DNA of 45,690 nt, taken from the NCBI GenBank assembly GCA_965234725.1, contig CBDDUX010000045.1:1-45690 (forward strand), given 5' to 3'. Each line of letters starts with the position of its first letter. Position 1 is the first letter of the stretch. Below are positions 28,826-37,085 of this stretch, piece after piece. The notes under the pieces were generated by a model. That model saw only the letters and a program-made list of their open reading frames with translations. It was not told the origin of the DNA and ran no database searches. This stretch comes from Thermoplasmatota archaeon. GTDB taxonomy: Archaea; Thermoplasmatota; Penumbrarchaeia; Penumbrarchaeales; Penumbrarchaeaceae. A program made the translations under genes and the position numbers.

Positions 28826-31800
28826 AGTGATGTTACTTGGGAGCGGAGGTCTGAAGATCGGACAGGCCGGTGAATTCGATTATTCTGGATCACAGGCACT
28901 TAAAGCCCTGAAAGAGGAGGGTATCACCACGATCCTGGTGAACCCGAACATTGCCACGGTTCAGACCAACAAGGAGATGGTTGACAAGCTGTATCTTCAA
29001 CCTGTTGACACAGAGACGGTTACAAGGATCATAGAGAAGGAAAGACCTGATGGCATAATGCTGGGTTTTGGAGGGCAGACAGCATTGAATGTGGGTGTGG
29101 AGCTCCACGATAAAGGAATATTAAAAAAATTCGATGTCGAAGTTCTGGGAACCCCGATCGAACCAATCAAGGATACCGAGGACAGGGAGAGGTTCATCAA
29201 GAGACTGGATGAGATCCAGGTATCCACTGCCAGGGCAAAAGCGGTTTCTGACCATATACATGCAAGGAAGGCAGCTGATGAGATAGGTTATCCTGTTATG
29301 ATCAGGGCAGCTTTTGCTCTCGGAGGATTGGGGAGTGGTGTTTGCAGGAACAGGGAAGAACTCGATCCCATGGTCAAGAAGGCCTTGAACCTCTCACATC
29401 AGGTTCTGGTGGAAGAATATCTTGAGGGATGGAAAGAAGTGGAGTATGAGGTGGTTAGGGATACCTTGGACAACTGCATGATAGTATGCAACATGGAGAA
29501 CCTGGACCCAATGGGGATACATACCGGAGAATCGATAGTCGTAGCTCCAAGCCAGACCCTTGATGATAGGGAATACCACATGTTGAGAGAGGTGGCCATA
29601 AGGACCGTTAGACATCTGGGGGTCATCGGTGAATGCAACATACAGTATGCCCTTTCTCCTGATTCAACCGAATACAGGGTTATCGAGGTTAATGCCAGGC
29701 TTTCACGGTCCTCTGCCCTGGCATCGAAAGCTACAGGTTATCCTCTTGCTTACATTGCAGCCAAACTTTCCCTTGGTATGTCATTGGCAGAGCTCCCGAA
29801 CAAGGTAACAGGGAAGACAGTTGCCTTTTTCGAACCTGCCCTTGATTATCTTGTTGTCAAGGTCCCGAGATGGGACCTGGAGAGGTTCAGAGGCATCGAC
29901 ACTGAGATCGGTTCACAGATGAAATCCGTTGGAGAGGTAATGGCCATAGGCAGGAGCTTCGAAGAGGCCCTGCAGAAATCATTGCGGATGATCGGTACCG
30001 GAATGCATGGATTGGTGCAGAACCGCCTGGAGTTCGATGATGTGGAACATGAGATTTCGCATCCGACTCACAGAAGGATCTTTGCTGTAGGTGAAGGCCT
30101 CAGACGCGGAATGACAGTTGATAAGATCCATGATCTTACAGGGATCGACAGGTGGTTCCTCCATGGACTGGACAATATCGTGAAAATGGAAAGACGTATC
30201 GAAACAGAGGGAGAGAAGGTCTCGCCAACCACTCTCAGGAAAGCAAAGGAGATGGGATTCTCCGATTTCCAGATAGGAAAGGCCACTGGAATAGATATGT
30301 CAGAGATAAGGAAGAGAAGGAAGGACCTGGGGATACTTCCGGTAATAAAGCAGATAGATACACTTGCGGCTGAATATCCCGCAGAGACCAATTATCTATA
30401 CATGACCTACAACGGGACCGAAAATGATATAGATCCCAGGGCAGGGGCCGTAATGGTCCTCGGAGGCGGATCATACAGGATTGGTTCCTCGGTTGAGTTC
30501 GATTGGTGTTGTGTCACAGCTGTCCAGACCGCCAGGAATATGGGTTACAGAACGATAATGGTCAATTGCAATCCGGAAACGGTCTCCACGGACTATGATA
30601 TCTGTGACAGGCTCTATTTCGAGGAACTGACATTTGAACGTGTCCTGGACATCTACGAGTTCGAGTATCCCGACGGTGTCATCGTTTCTATGGGGGGGCA
30701 GGTGTCGAACAATCTGGCCCCAAGACTTGAAAAGGAGAAGGTAAGGATATTCGGAACCTCACCCAAAGACATAGACAAGGCAGAGGATCGCAATAAATTC
30801 TCCTCGCTCCTGGATGACCTGGGGATCGATCAACCTGAATGGACCGAAGCATCCTCATTGGAGGAGGCTTCCTCCTTTGCCGAAAGGGTAGGATACCCGG
30901 TAATAATCCGACCCTCATACGTCCTTTCCGGGGCTGCAATGGCAGTTGTCTTCGACAGGGAGACAATGGGATCCTACCTTACAAGAGCAACAGAGGTAGA
31001 CCCCTCGAACCCAGTGGTGGTATCCCAGTTCCTGGAAGAGGCCAAGGAGATAGAGTTCGATGGTGTGGCAAGGAACGGCGAGATCCTGCTATACTCCATC
31101 GGGGAGCATGTGGAAAATGCTGGTGTTCATTCAGGAGATGCAACTATCGTCATTCCACCTCAACGACTCTATATCGAGACGATAAGAAAGATCAAGAAGG
31201 CATCCCGGTCGATCGCTTCGGCCCTCAATATCACAGGACCTTTCAATATCCAGTACCTTGCAAAGGAGAACAGATTGAAGGTCATCGAATGCAACCTCAG
31301 GGCCTCAAGGACATTCCCATTCGCTTCCAAGGTCCTGAGAAAGAATTTCATAGAGCTTGCAACAAGGGCAATGCTGGGAGAGGATGTCGAGAAGGTGGAG
31401 GGATCCTCCATCGATCTTGATAGGGTCGGAGTCAAGGCGGCACAGTTCTCCTTTTCAAGATTGAAAGGTGCCGATCCCACAATGGGTGTCGCAATGGCCT
31501 CGACAGGGGAAGTGGGATGTATTGGAAAGGACATGGAATCGGCACTTCTCGCATCACTTAGGTCCGTTGGTCTGAAAATGGACATGAGATCGGCTTTGAT
31601 CTCGGCAGGTCCTATTGAGAAGAAGGGAGAATGGCTCCCGGTAGTAAGGGATCTGGAGAGGATGAAATACAGATTGTTCGCAACCTCCGGAACTGCCAGG
31701 TTCATGCGTAAGAACGGGATAGAGACCGAAACCCTGAGATGGCCGAACGAGAAGACCCAGCCAAACAGCCTGGACCATATCAGGGAGGGTAGGATCGGAC

Positions 31801-31985
31801 TGGTCATCAACATCCCCAAGAACAATGAAGAGGAAGAGCTGTCCAATGATTACCTGATAAGGAGGACCGCTGTTGATAACGACATACCGATCCTTACCAA
31901 TCTCAAGCTAGCAGAACGCTTGATGGAATCACTGGAGATCTACGACTTCAATGACATACCCATCCTCGAATGGGACGAGACCTGA
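28815..31985 (+). CDS. carB: Carbamoyl-phosphate synthase large subunit
   Basis: IGQAGEFDYSGSQA, GIHTGESIVVAP, IEVNARLSRSSALASKATGYP, RPSYVLSG, HVENAGVHSGDA, C-terminal MGS domain. Start ATG at 28815 after GGAGGTGG. Confidence 0.96.
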   Translation: MVHKVMLLGSGGLKIGQAGEFDYSGSQALKALKEEGITTILVNPNIATVQTNKEMVDKLYLQPVDTETVTRIIEKERPDGIMLGFGGQTALNVGVELHDKGILKKFDVEVLGTPIEPIKDTEDRERFIKRLDEIQVSTARAKAVSDHIHARKAADEIGYPVMIRAAFALGGLGSGVCRNREELDPMVKKALNLSHQVLVEEYLEGWKEVEYEVVRDTLDNCMIVCNMENLDPMGIHTGESIVVAPSQTLDDREYHMLREVAIRTVRHLGVIGECNIQYALSPDSTEYRVIEVNARLSRSSALASKATGYPLAYIAAKLSLGMSLAELPNKVTGKTVAFFEPALDYLVVKVPRWDLERFRGIDTEIGSQMKSVGEVMAIGRSFEEALQKSLRMIGTGMHGLVQNRLEFDDVEHEISHPTHRRIFAVGEGLRRGMTVDKIHDLTGIDRWFLHGLDNIVKMERRIETEGEKVSPTTLRKAKEMGFSDFQIGKATGIDMSEIRKRRKDLGILPVIKQIDTLAAEYPAETNYLYMTYNGTENDIDPRAGAVMVLGGGSYRIGSSVEFDWCCVTAVQTARNMGYRTIMVNCNPETVSTDYDICDRLYFEELTFERVLDIYEFEYPDGVIVSMGGQVSNNLAPRLEKEKVRIFGTSPKDIDKAEDRNKFSSLLDDLGIDQPEWTEASSLEEASSFAERVGYPVIIRPSYVLSGAAMAVVFDRETMGSYLTRATEVDPSNPVVVSQFLEEAKEIEFDGVARNGEILLYSIGEHVENAGVHSGDATIVIPPQRLYIETIRKIKKASRSIASALNITGPFNIQYLAKENRLKVIECNLRASRTFPFASKVLRKNFIELATRAMLGEDVEKVEGSSIDLDRVGVKAAQFSFSRLKGADPTMGVAMASTGEVGCIGKDMESALLASLRSVGLKMDMRSALISAGPIEKKGEWLPVVRDLERMKYRLFATSGTARFMRKNGIETETLRWPNEKTQPNSLDHIREGRIGLVINIPKNNEEEELSNDYLIRRTAVDNDIPILTNLKLAERLMESLEIYDFNDIPILEWDET

Positions 31986-32067
31986 AAACCAAAGATACCC
32001 ATATACATTGATTTCTGGGGAAAGAGGATTAAATGGGCTGGTTTATCAAGAAAACAGGTGAGACCTG

Positions 32068-33288
32068 ATGGAAGCTGATACCATCATCGTTGGAGCAGGG
32101 GTAATTGGAACTTCAACAGCTTACCACCTGAAGAGAATGGACCCAGAAAGGGATATCCTTCTCCTGGAAAGGGAGAAGAGACCTGGAACCGGAAATACGG
32201 GAAAAAGCGCTGCCCTTTACAGGAACATATTCTCATCTGCCACTTCCAAACTTCTCTCCAAATCATCAATCAAATATTATCTGGAGTTGGGAACCAAGGT
32301 ACAGATGAATCCCATCGGATATCTCTGGATGTTCTCAGATGACCAATGGAATCGATCAAGCGAAGCGAGGTCCTCTCTTGATCCATTGAGAGATGAGATG
32401 GAGAATGTAGATGGGACTAAGATATCCAGAACCCTGAAGATCAATACCCAGAGCAGTGGTCCCTTCCCATCGGTGGAAAAAGGTATCTGGGGTCGATTAT
32501 GCGGGTCCCTTTCAGGAATGGGTCTTGCCCAGCATTATACGGAAGAATTCGAAAAGATCGGGGGACGTTTGGAGACCTCAAAGAACATAACCCAACTGGT
32601 CCTTACCGGTTCAAAAAGCCGGTTCTCACCATGGGATGATGTCAAGTTGAGATCGATAATAGACAATGAGGGGAACCATTACTCCGCAGAGGATTTCATA
32701 TTCACGGTAGGTGCATGGAGCCAGGAGCTGTTGGGAAGATACGGTATCTTCACTGGCACCCTCCCCAAGAAGAGACAGATGTTCGGGATAAAACTGGACG
32801 ATCCGTATCAGATAGCGGGTGATATTGACCTGGATAAGGTACCTGCATTGATACTTCCCGCAGGGGGTACCTATGTCAAACCATTACTTGACAGAAAGCT
32901 GATGATCCTGGGTTTGGCTGACGATCTGGGACAGCCTTATGGGATGGATCGACCCGAACCTGATGAGGAATATTTCAGAGGGGGGATCGTTCCTGTTCTC
33001 AACCATTATTTTCCTGACCTGAAGGATTGGGAACTGAAGATGAAATGGGCAGGATACTATTCATACCATTGGCCTGATAAGAATCCGGTGGTTGAATCCG
33101 TGAAGAACATCACATGGGCTGCAGGGACTTCCGGTTCAGGAATAATGAAAGCTGATGCCATCGGAAGGGTGACAGCATCTAGGATACTTGGTGAGGAGAT
33201 CACAGAGCTCTTTGATGGCAGTAGAATGACAACATGGTCCCTTTCTTTGAAGGAGAGGTCCGTGGACATAGAAAGGTTCGTCATTTGA
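32068..33288 (+). CDS. FAD-dependent oxidoreductase, DAO family (proline dehydrogenase/sarcosine oxidase beta-like)
   Basis: IIVGAGVIG Rossmann motif, GNTGKSAA, WAGYY, GTSGSGIMKADAIG. Confidence 0.85.
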   Translation: MEADTIIVGAGVIGTSTAYHLKRMDPERDILLLEREKRPGTGNTGKSAALYRNIFSSATSKLLSKSSIKYYLELGTKVQMNPIGYLWMFSDDQWNRSSEARSSLDPLRDEMENVDGTKISRTLKINTQSSGPFPSVEKGIWGRLCGSLSGMGLAQHYTEEFEKIGGRLETSKNITQLVLTGSKSRFSPWDDVKLRSIIDNEGNHYSAEDFIFTVGAWSQELLGRYGIFTGTLPKKRQMFGIKLDDPYQIAGDIDLDKVPALILPAGGTYVKPLLDRKLMILGLADDLGQPYGMDRPEPDEEYFRGGIVPVLNHYFPDLKDWELKMKWAGYYSYHWPDKNPVVESVKNITWAAGTSGSGIMKADAIGRVTASRILGEEITELFDGSRMTTWSLSLKERSVDIERFVI

Positions 33289-33474
33289 CCTGGGGGCAAT
33301 GAAAAGTGATCGTTTATTTTTTAAAATGGGGTATTTCTTCTTCATCCGCAGGTCCATGTGATAGAAATAGTGCGACAATTCGAGTTTGTACAACAGGATT
33401 TATTAATCATGAATACAAAATGGACATTACAGGTGGAAGGTTAAGACCTGTAGAATTTCTCGGAGGAGATATTT

Positions 33475-34428
33475 TTGGGCATAGGAGACCTACTTTTAGG
33501 GAAGGGTCCCACGACACTTCACGGTATCAAGAGGATGCACCGTTCAAAGGATGTTAGAGGTCTCGTGAACGGACTCAAAGTGGCTCCTCCCAATATCATT
33601 CCTTTCATTCTGGATTATCTGGATGATTACGAGAGCGATGGGTACCTCAAGATGATGATGGAAGCGGATATCGTCACCAGGATAGAGGATATCCTTGAAA
33701 ACAGCGGAGACAAGGCAAAGAGAGGAGCTCTCAAACTCCTGATCCGATTCGTTGCTTGGGGGAAAGGTAAACAATTCCTGACAGAGAGGAATACCACCCA
33801 CATCGTAAGGATGCTGCATGGATCGGACATCAATCTCAGAAAATGGATAACATACTGTCTACCGGAATCCATATCGAACGGCAACGGACCGATCGTCTCT
33901 ATCGAGAGTGGAATACCCGAACTTGTGGATCAGCTGGATACGTATGATGATGATCTGATCGGATATACATTGCTTGCGTTGAAGGAGATGGAAAAAGCCG
34001 GATACCAGCAAGATATCATTAGATTGGGTACTGTGGAGAAGCTCAAGAAACACAGGTCCTCTGGAAATGACTACGTGAGCTCATATTCCAGTGAACTCTA
34101 TCAGAGGTTAACCGGATGGCAGGACTCATCCTCCAGGGTCGGGAACGTTCTTGCAAAACCAAGGACCGACATGGAGGTAATAAAACAGGTAGTGAAGAAA
34201 AACGTGAAAGAGGAGGTCCTGGAGAAACATTCCGGAGAGGAGAAATATGTAAGACCCAAGGCAAGAGACCTCTCAAAGAAGAAGAGAAAGAAGGGTGCCC
34301 TCACTTCCAATGGGAGGAAGACCTCCAAAAGTGATGATGACACAATATTGGAGATACCATCCACCTCCACCAAACCATTAAAGGAAAGGATGATAGAAGA
34401 AGAGGACGAGTTTGAGATCACTACATGA
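33475..34428 (+). CDS. Hypothetical ARM/HEAT-repeat-like protein with a charged C-terminal tail
   Basis: TTG after GGAGGAG; repeated helical units (ESGIPELVDQL, RLGTVEKLKKH); Lys-rich then acidic tail. Confidence 0.6.
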   Translation: MGIGDLLLGKGPTTLHGIKRMHRSKDVRGLVNGLKVAPPNIIPFILDYLDDYESDGYLKMMMEADIVTRIEDILENSGDKAKRGALKLLIRFVAWGKGKQFLTERNTTHIVRMLHGSDINLRKWITYCLPESISNGNGPIVSIESGIPELVDQLDTYDDDLIGYTLLALKEMEKAGYQQDIIRLGTVEKLKKHRSSGNDYVSSYSSELYQRLTGWQDSSSRVGNVLAKPRTDMEVIKQVVKKNVKEEVLEKHSGEEKYVRPKARDLSKKKRKKGALTSNGRKTSKSDDDTILEIPSTSTKPLKERMIEEEDEFEITT

Positions 34429-34436
34429 TCTTCTGC

Positions 34437-35276
34437 CTATCCAATTAGCTTCTTAACAGCCTTTAAACGGTCCTTTCTGGCCATTCTTCTGGTTACTGGA
34501 TTCCGATCCTCAAGAAGGAGCTCTGAATATTCTGGTCTTGCATCCTTCAGAAAAATACCTATGGGCCATTTCTCTTTCTGTGTAGCCTTTAAAAAGGCTT
34601 CTGTCCTGGTCTTGGGGACCTCCTCCATTACCTCCGTTTTCTCGGAGTAGAGCTTATAGGTGTTGTTGAAGGTATGGCACGGCTGTAGGGCATCCACAAA
34701 AGCGAATCCCTTGTGTTCCACTCCACTCACTATCAGGTCCGCCAGATGGTCCATTTTCACGGTGAATCCCCTTGCAACAAAGCTTGCACCGGCTTCTATC
34801 GTCAATGTCAGTGGATTGAACGGTTCCTCTATGGAACCTCTGGGAGTGGACCGGCCCCTGAAACCCTTCTTCGAGAGAGGAGTGAATTGACCTGTGGTCA
34901 ATCCGTAAACACCATTATCGTGCATGATGACCGTGATATCGATGTTCCTCTTTGCAGCGAACATCAGATGCTCCAGACCCTCTCCGGTAATGCCTCCATC
35001 TCCTCCGAAAACGATTACCTTCAGGTCGGGATCCGCTATCTTTATCCCCTGAGCGGTCGACACTTCCCTTCCATGGAGAGCATAAATTCCGGATGCTGCA
35101 AGGTAATCGAATATCTTTGGACCGCATCCGATCCCGGCGACCATCACGATATTCTCACGGGGTGTTCCATTTCCTTCCAGCTTCCTGATGGCCTTCTTTG
35201 CAGCCTCGAAGAGACCGAAATTACCACATCCTGGGCACCAGGTGCATTCTGCATAAGTTGTGAGATCATCCGCCAT
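34437..35276 (-). CDS. korB: 2-oxoacid:ferredoxin oxidoreductase beta subunit (TPP-binding)
   Basis: TWCPGCGNFG, GIGC, LHGR, GDG, DNGVYGLTTGQ, LQPC. Confidence 0.9.
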   Translation of the reverse strand: MADDLTTYAECTWCPGCGNFGLFEAAKKAIRKLEGNGTPRENIVMVAGIGCGPKIFDYLAASGIYALHGREVSTAQGIKIADPDLKVIVFGGDGGITGEGLEHLMFAAKRNIDITVIMHDNGVYGLTTGQFTPLSKKGFRGRSTPRGSIEEPFNPLTLTIEAGASFVARGFTVKMDHLADLIVSGVEHKGFAFVDALQPCHTFNNTYKLYSEKTEVMEEVPKTRTEAFLKATQKEKWPIGIFLKDARPEYSELLLEDRNPVTRRMARKDRLKAVKKLIG

Positions 35277-36935
35277 TCACACCACCTCCCCAAGCTCATC
35301 TGCCAATTCTCTGGGATCGAATGGTCTTCCATCGTACCTCTTGATCACTTTGACAACATTGACGCCTACCTTCTCCTGGAGAAGCCTCGAGAACTGTTCC
35401 GTTGAGGACTGCTCAACGACTATCACATCCCGATCTCTGTAATTCTCAAGCTCCCAGGTTGGGAACGGTCTGAGGTATACAGGTTGTATCACCTTGGCTT
35501 TCAATCCACCCCAAGAAAGAGCTTCCAGCACCGACAGTGTGGTGGAACCGTATGTGAATATGATCGCATCACCATCTCCGTGCACATTTACAGTCCCCAT
35601 TCCTTTCAGCGCATTCCTGAGACTCTCTCCTTTCTTGTTACGCTTGTCATGCATCTTTACAACCCACTCAGGATCCTCTGTGGTGATGCCCTTTTCATCA
35701 TGTTCGTATGAGTTTGCCTTTATCAGCTCCTTGGAAGGTGGGAACAGCATCGGGGAGATTCCATCATCCGTGATCTTGTACCTGAAATACTCTCCCTCTC
35801 CGGAGAACTCCATTCCTTTTGCTTCCTTTACCTTTGAAGGGTCCAGGTCCAGTGTCATACTGCTCTCTGAAAGGTGCTTTTCAGTGAGGAGGGTGGCAAC
35901 AGCCTGGTATTTCCAGACAAGGTCAAGCAGTTCGCCGGCAAGGTAGAACGCTTCTTCTATAGAGCCAGGGGAGGCTACTATCCTCGGGAATTCGCCGTGT
36001 CCCTGATGAAGGGCGAATTCAAGGTCCGCCTGTTCCGTGTATGTTGGAACTCCGGTGGAAGGTCCCGGCCTGGAGGACAGTATACATAGAAGAGGGATCT
36101 CGCACATTCCTGCCAGTGACAGAGCCTCTTCCATTAGTGCAAATCCACCCCCGGAGGTTCCCACCATGGTCCTGGCCCCTGCGAAGGCAGAGCCAACGGC
36201 CATATTGGCTACTCCCACCTCGCTCTCGGGATGGACGGTAGTTATTCCCAGATCCCTGTCGTGTGCAGCATAATAATGGAGGATAGAAGATGCAGGGGTC
36301 ATAGGGTAGGCAAAGTAAGCATCCAGACCTGCGGCGGCAGCTCCCAGGGCTATTGCTTCGTTTCCGGAAAGTACGGATCCTGTTCCCTTTCCCTTCGGGA
36401 GGTCCTTCACTTTTCCAACTTTTTCAACGGTCATATCGTAGATCGATCGGGCATAGGCAATGTTATTTTCCAGGTCCCGGGGGTATTCCTCCTTTATCAA
36501 ATCGACCATATCTTCCTTCGAAAGACCTACATATGCGGAAAGGACCGAGACCGCACCTACCCCGAGCCTAAGATCCGGATTGGGATACTTCTTTGCCTCC
36601 GAAAAGAGAGGTAGGCCGATCCCTTCGCCTTCCTCAATATTTTCTGAATTGTAGACGTGTATACCATTTTCCGTAAGGTGCTCCTTGTGGAGGTCGTAGC
36701 TCCTTTTATCAAGGGAGACCACCAGGTCCGCTTTGAGGTAGTGGCTGGTGATCCTTTCATTGGAGGCAGATACTACTGAGAAGTTGTGGCCGCCCCTGAT
36801 GAGGCTCATGTAATCGTCCATGAGAAAAACGTTCTGGTCCTTCCTTCGAAAGAGGTTCATAGCCGTTGTCCCGGCCTTTTTTACCCCTTCCCCTGCTTTT
36901 CCACCGACAATGAAACTGAAAACTTCCTTTACCAT
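35277..36935 (-). CDS. korA: 2-oxoacid:ferredoxin oxidoreductase alpha subunit (gamma-alpha fusion)
   Basis: GGKAGEGV, IRGGHNF, SGNEAIALGA, AYPMTPAS, TSGGGFALM, RPGPSTGVPT. Confidence 0.92.
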   Translation of the reverse strand: MVKEVFSFIVGGKAGEGVKKAGTTAMNLFRRKDQNVFLMDDYMSLIRGGHNFSVVSASNERITSHYLKADLVVSLDKRSYDLHKEHLTENGIHVYNSENIEEGEGIGLPLFSEAKKYPNPDLRLGVGAVSVLSAYVGLSKEDMVDLIKEEYPRDLENNIAYARSIYDMTVEKVGKVKDLPKGKGTGSVLSGNEAIALGAAAAGLDAYFAYPMTPASSILHYYAAHDRDLGITTVHPESEVGVANMAVGSAFAGARTMVGTSGGGFALMEEALSLAGMCEIPLLCILSSRPGPSTGVPTYTEQADLEFALHQGHGEFPRIVASPGSIEEAFYLAGELLDLVWKYQAVATLLTEKHLSESSMTLDLDPSKVKEAKGMEFSGEGEYFRYKITDDGISPMLFPPSKELIKANSYEHDEKGITTEDPEWVVKMHDKRNKKGESLRNALKGMGTVNVHGDGDAIIFTYGSTTLSVLEALSWGGLKAKVIQPVYLRPFPTWELENYRDRDVIVVEQSSTEQFSRLLQEKVGVNVVKVIKRYDGRPFDPRELADELGEVV

Positions 36936-37033
36936 TAATACAACCCCTGTCCCATTTGAATATGAAGAAGGGATTTTCTATAAGCGTTTATCTATTGACC
37001 CACAAATATTAGCTAATTAGAACTAAAATGACT

Positions 37034-37065
37034 AAAAAAAAATAAGGGAGGCTAAAAAGCCTCCC
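37034..37065 (-). terminator. Hairpin plus T-tract terminator of the large surface-protein gene
   Basis: Perfect 8-bp stem gggaggct-aaaa-agcctccc (37046-37065) followed on the minus strand by T9 (A9 at 37034-37042). Confidence 0.75.
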
Positions 37066-37085
37066 ATTTCACTTCATTTGAGGTA

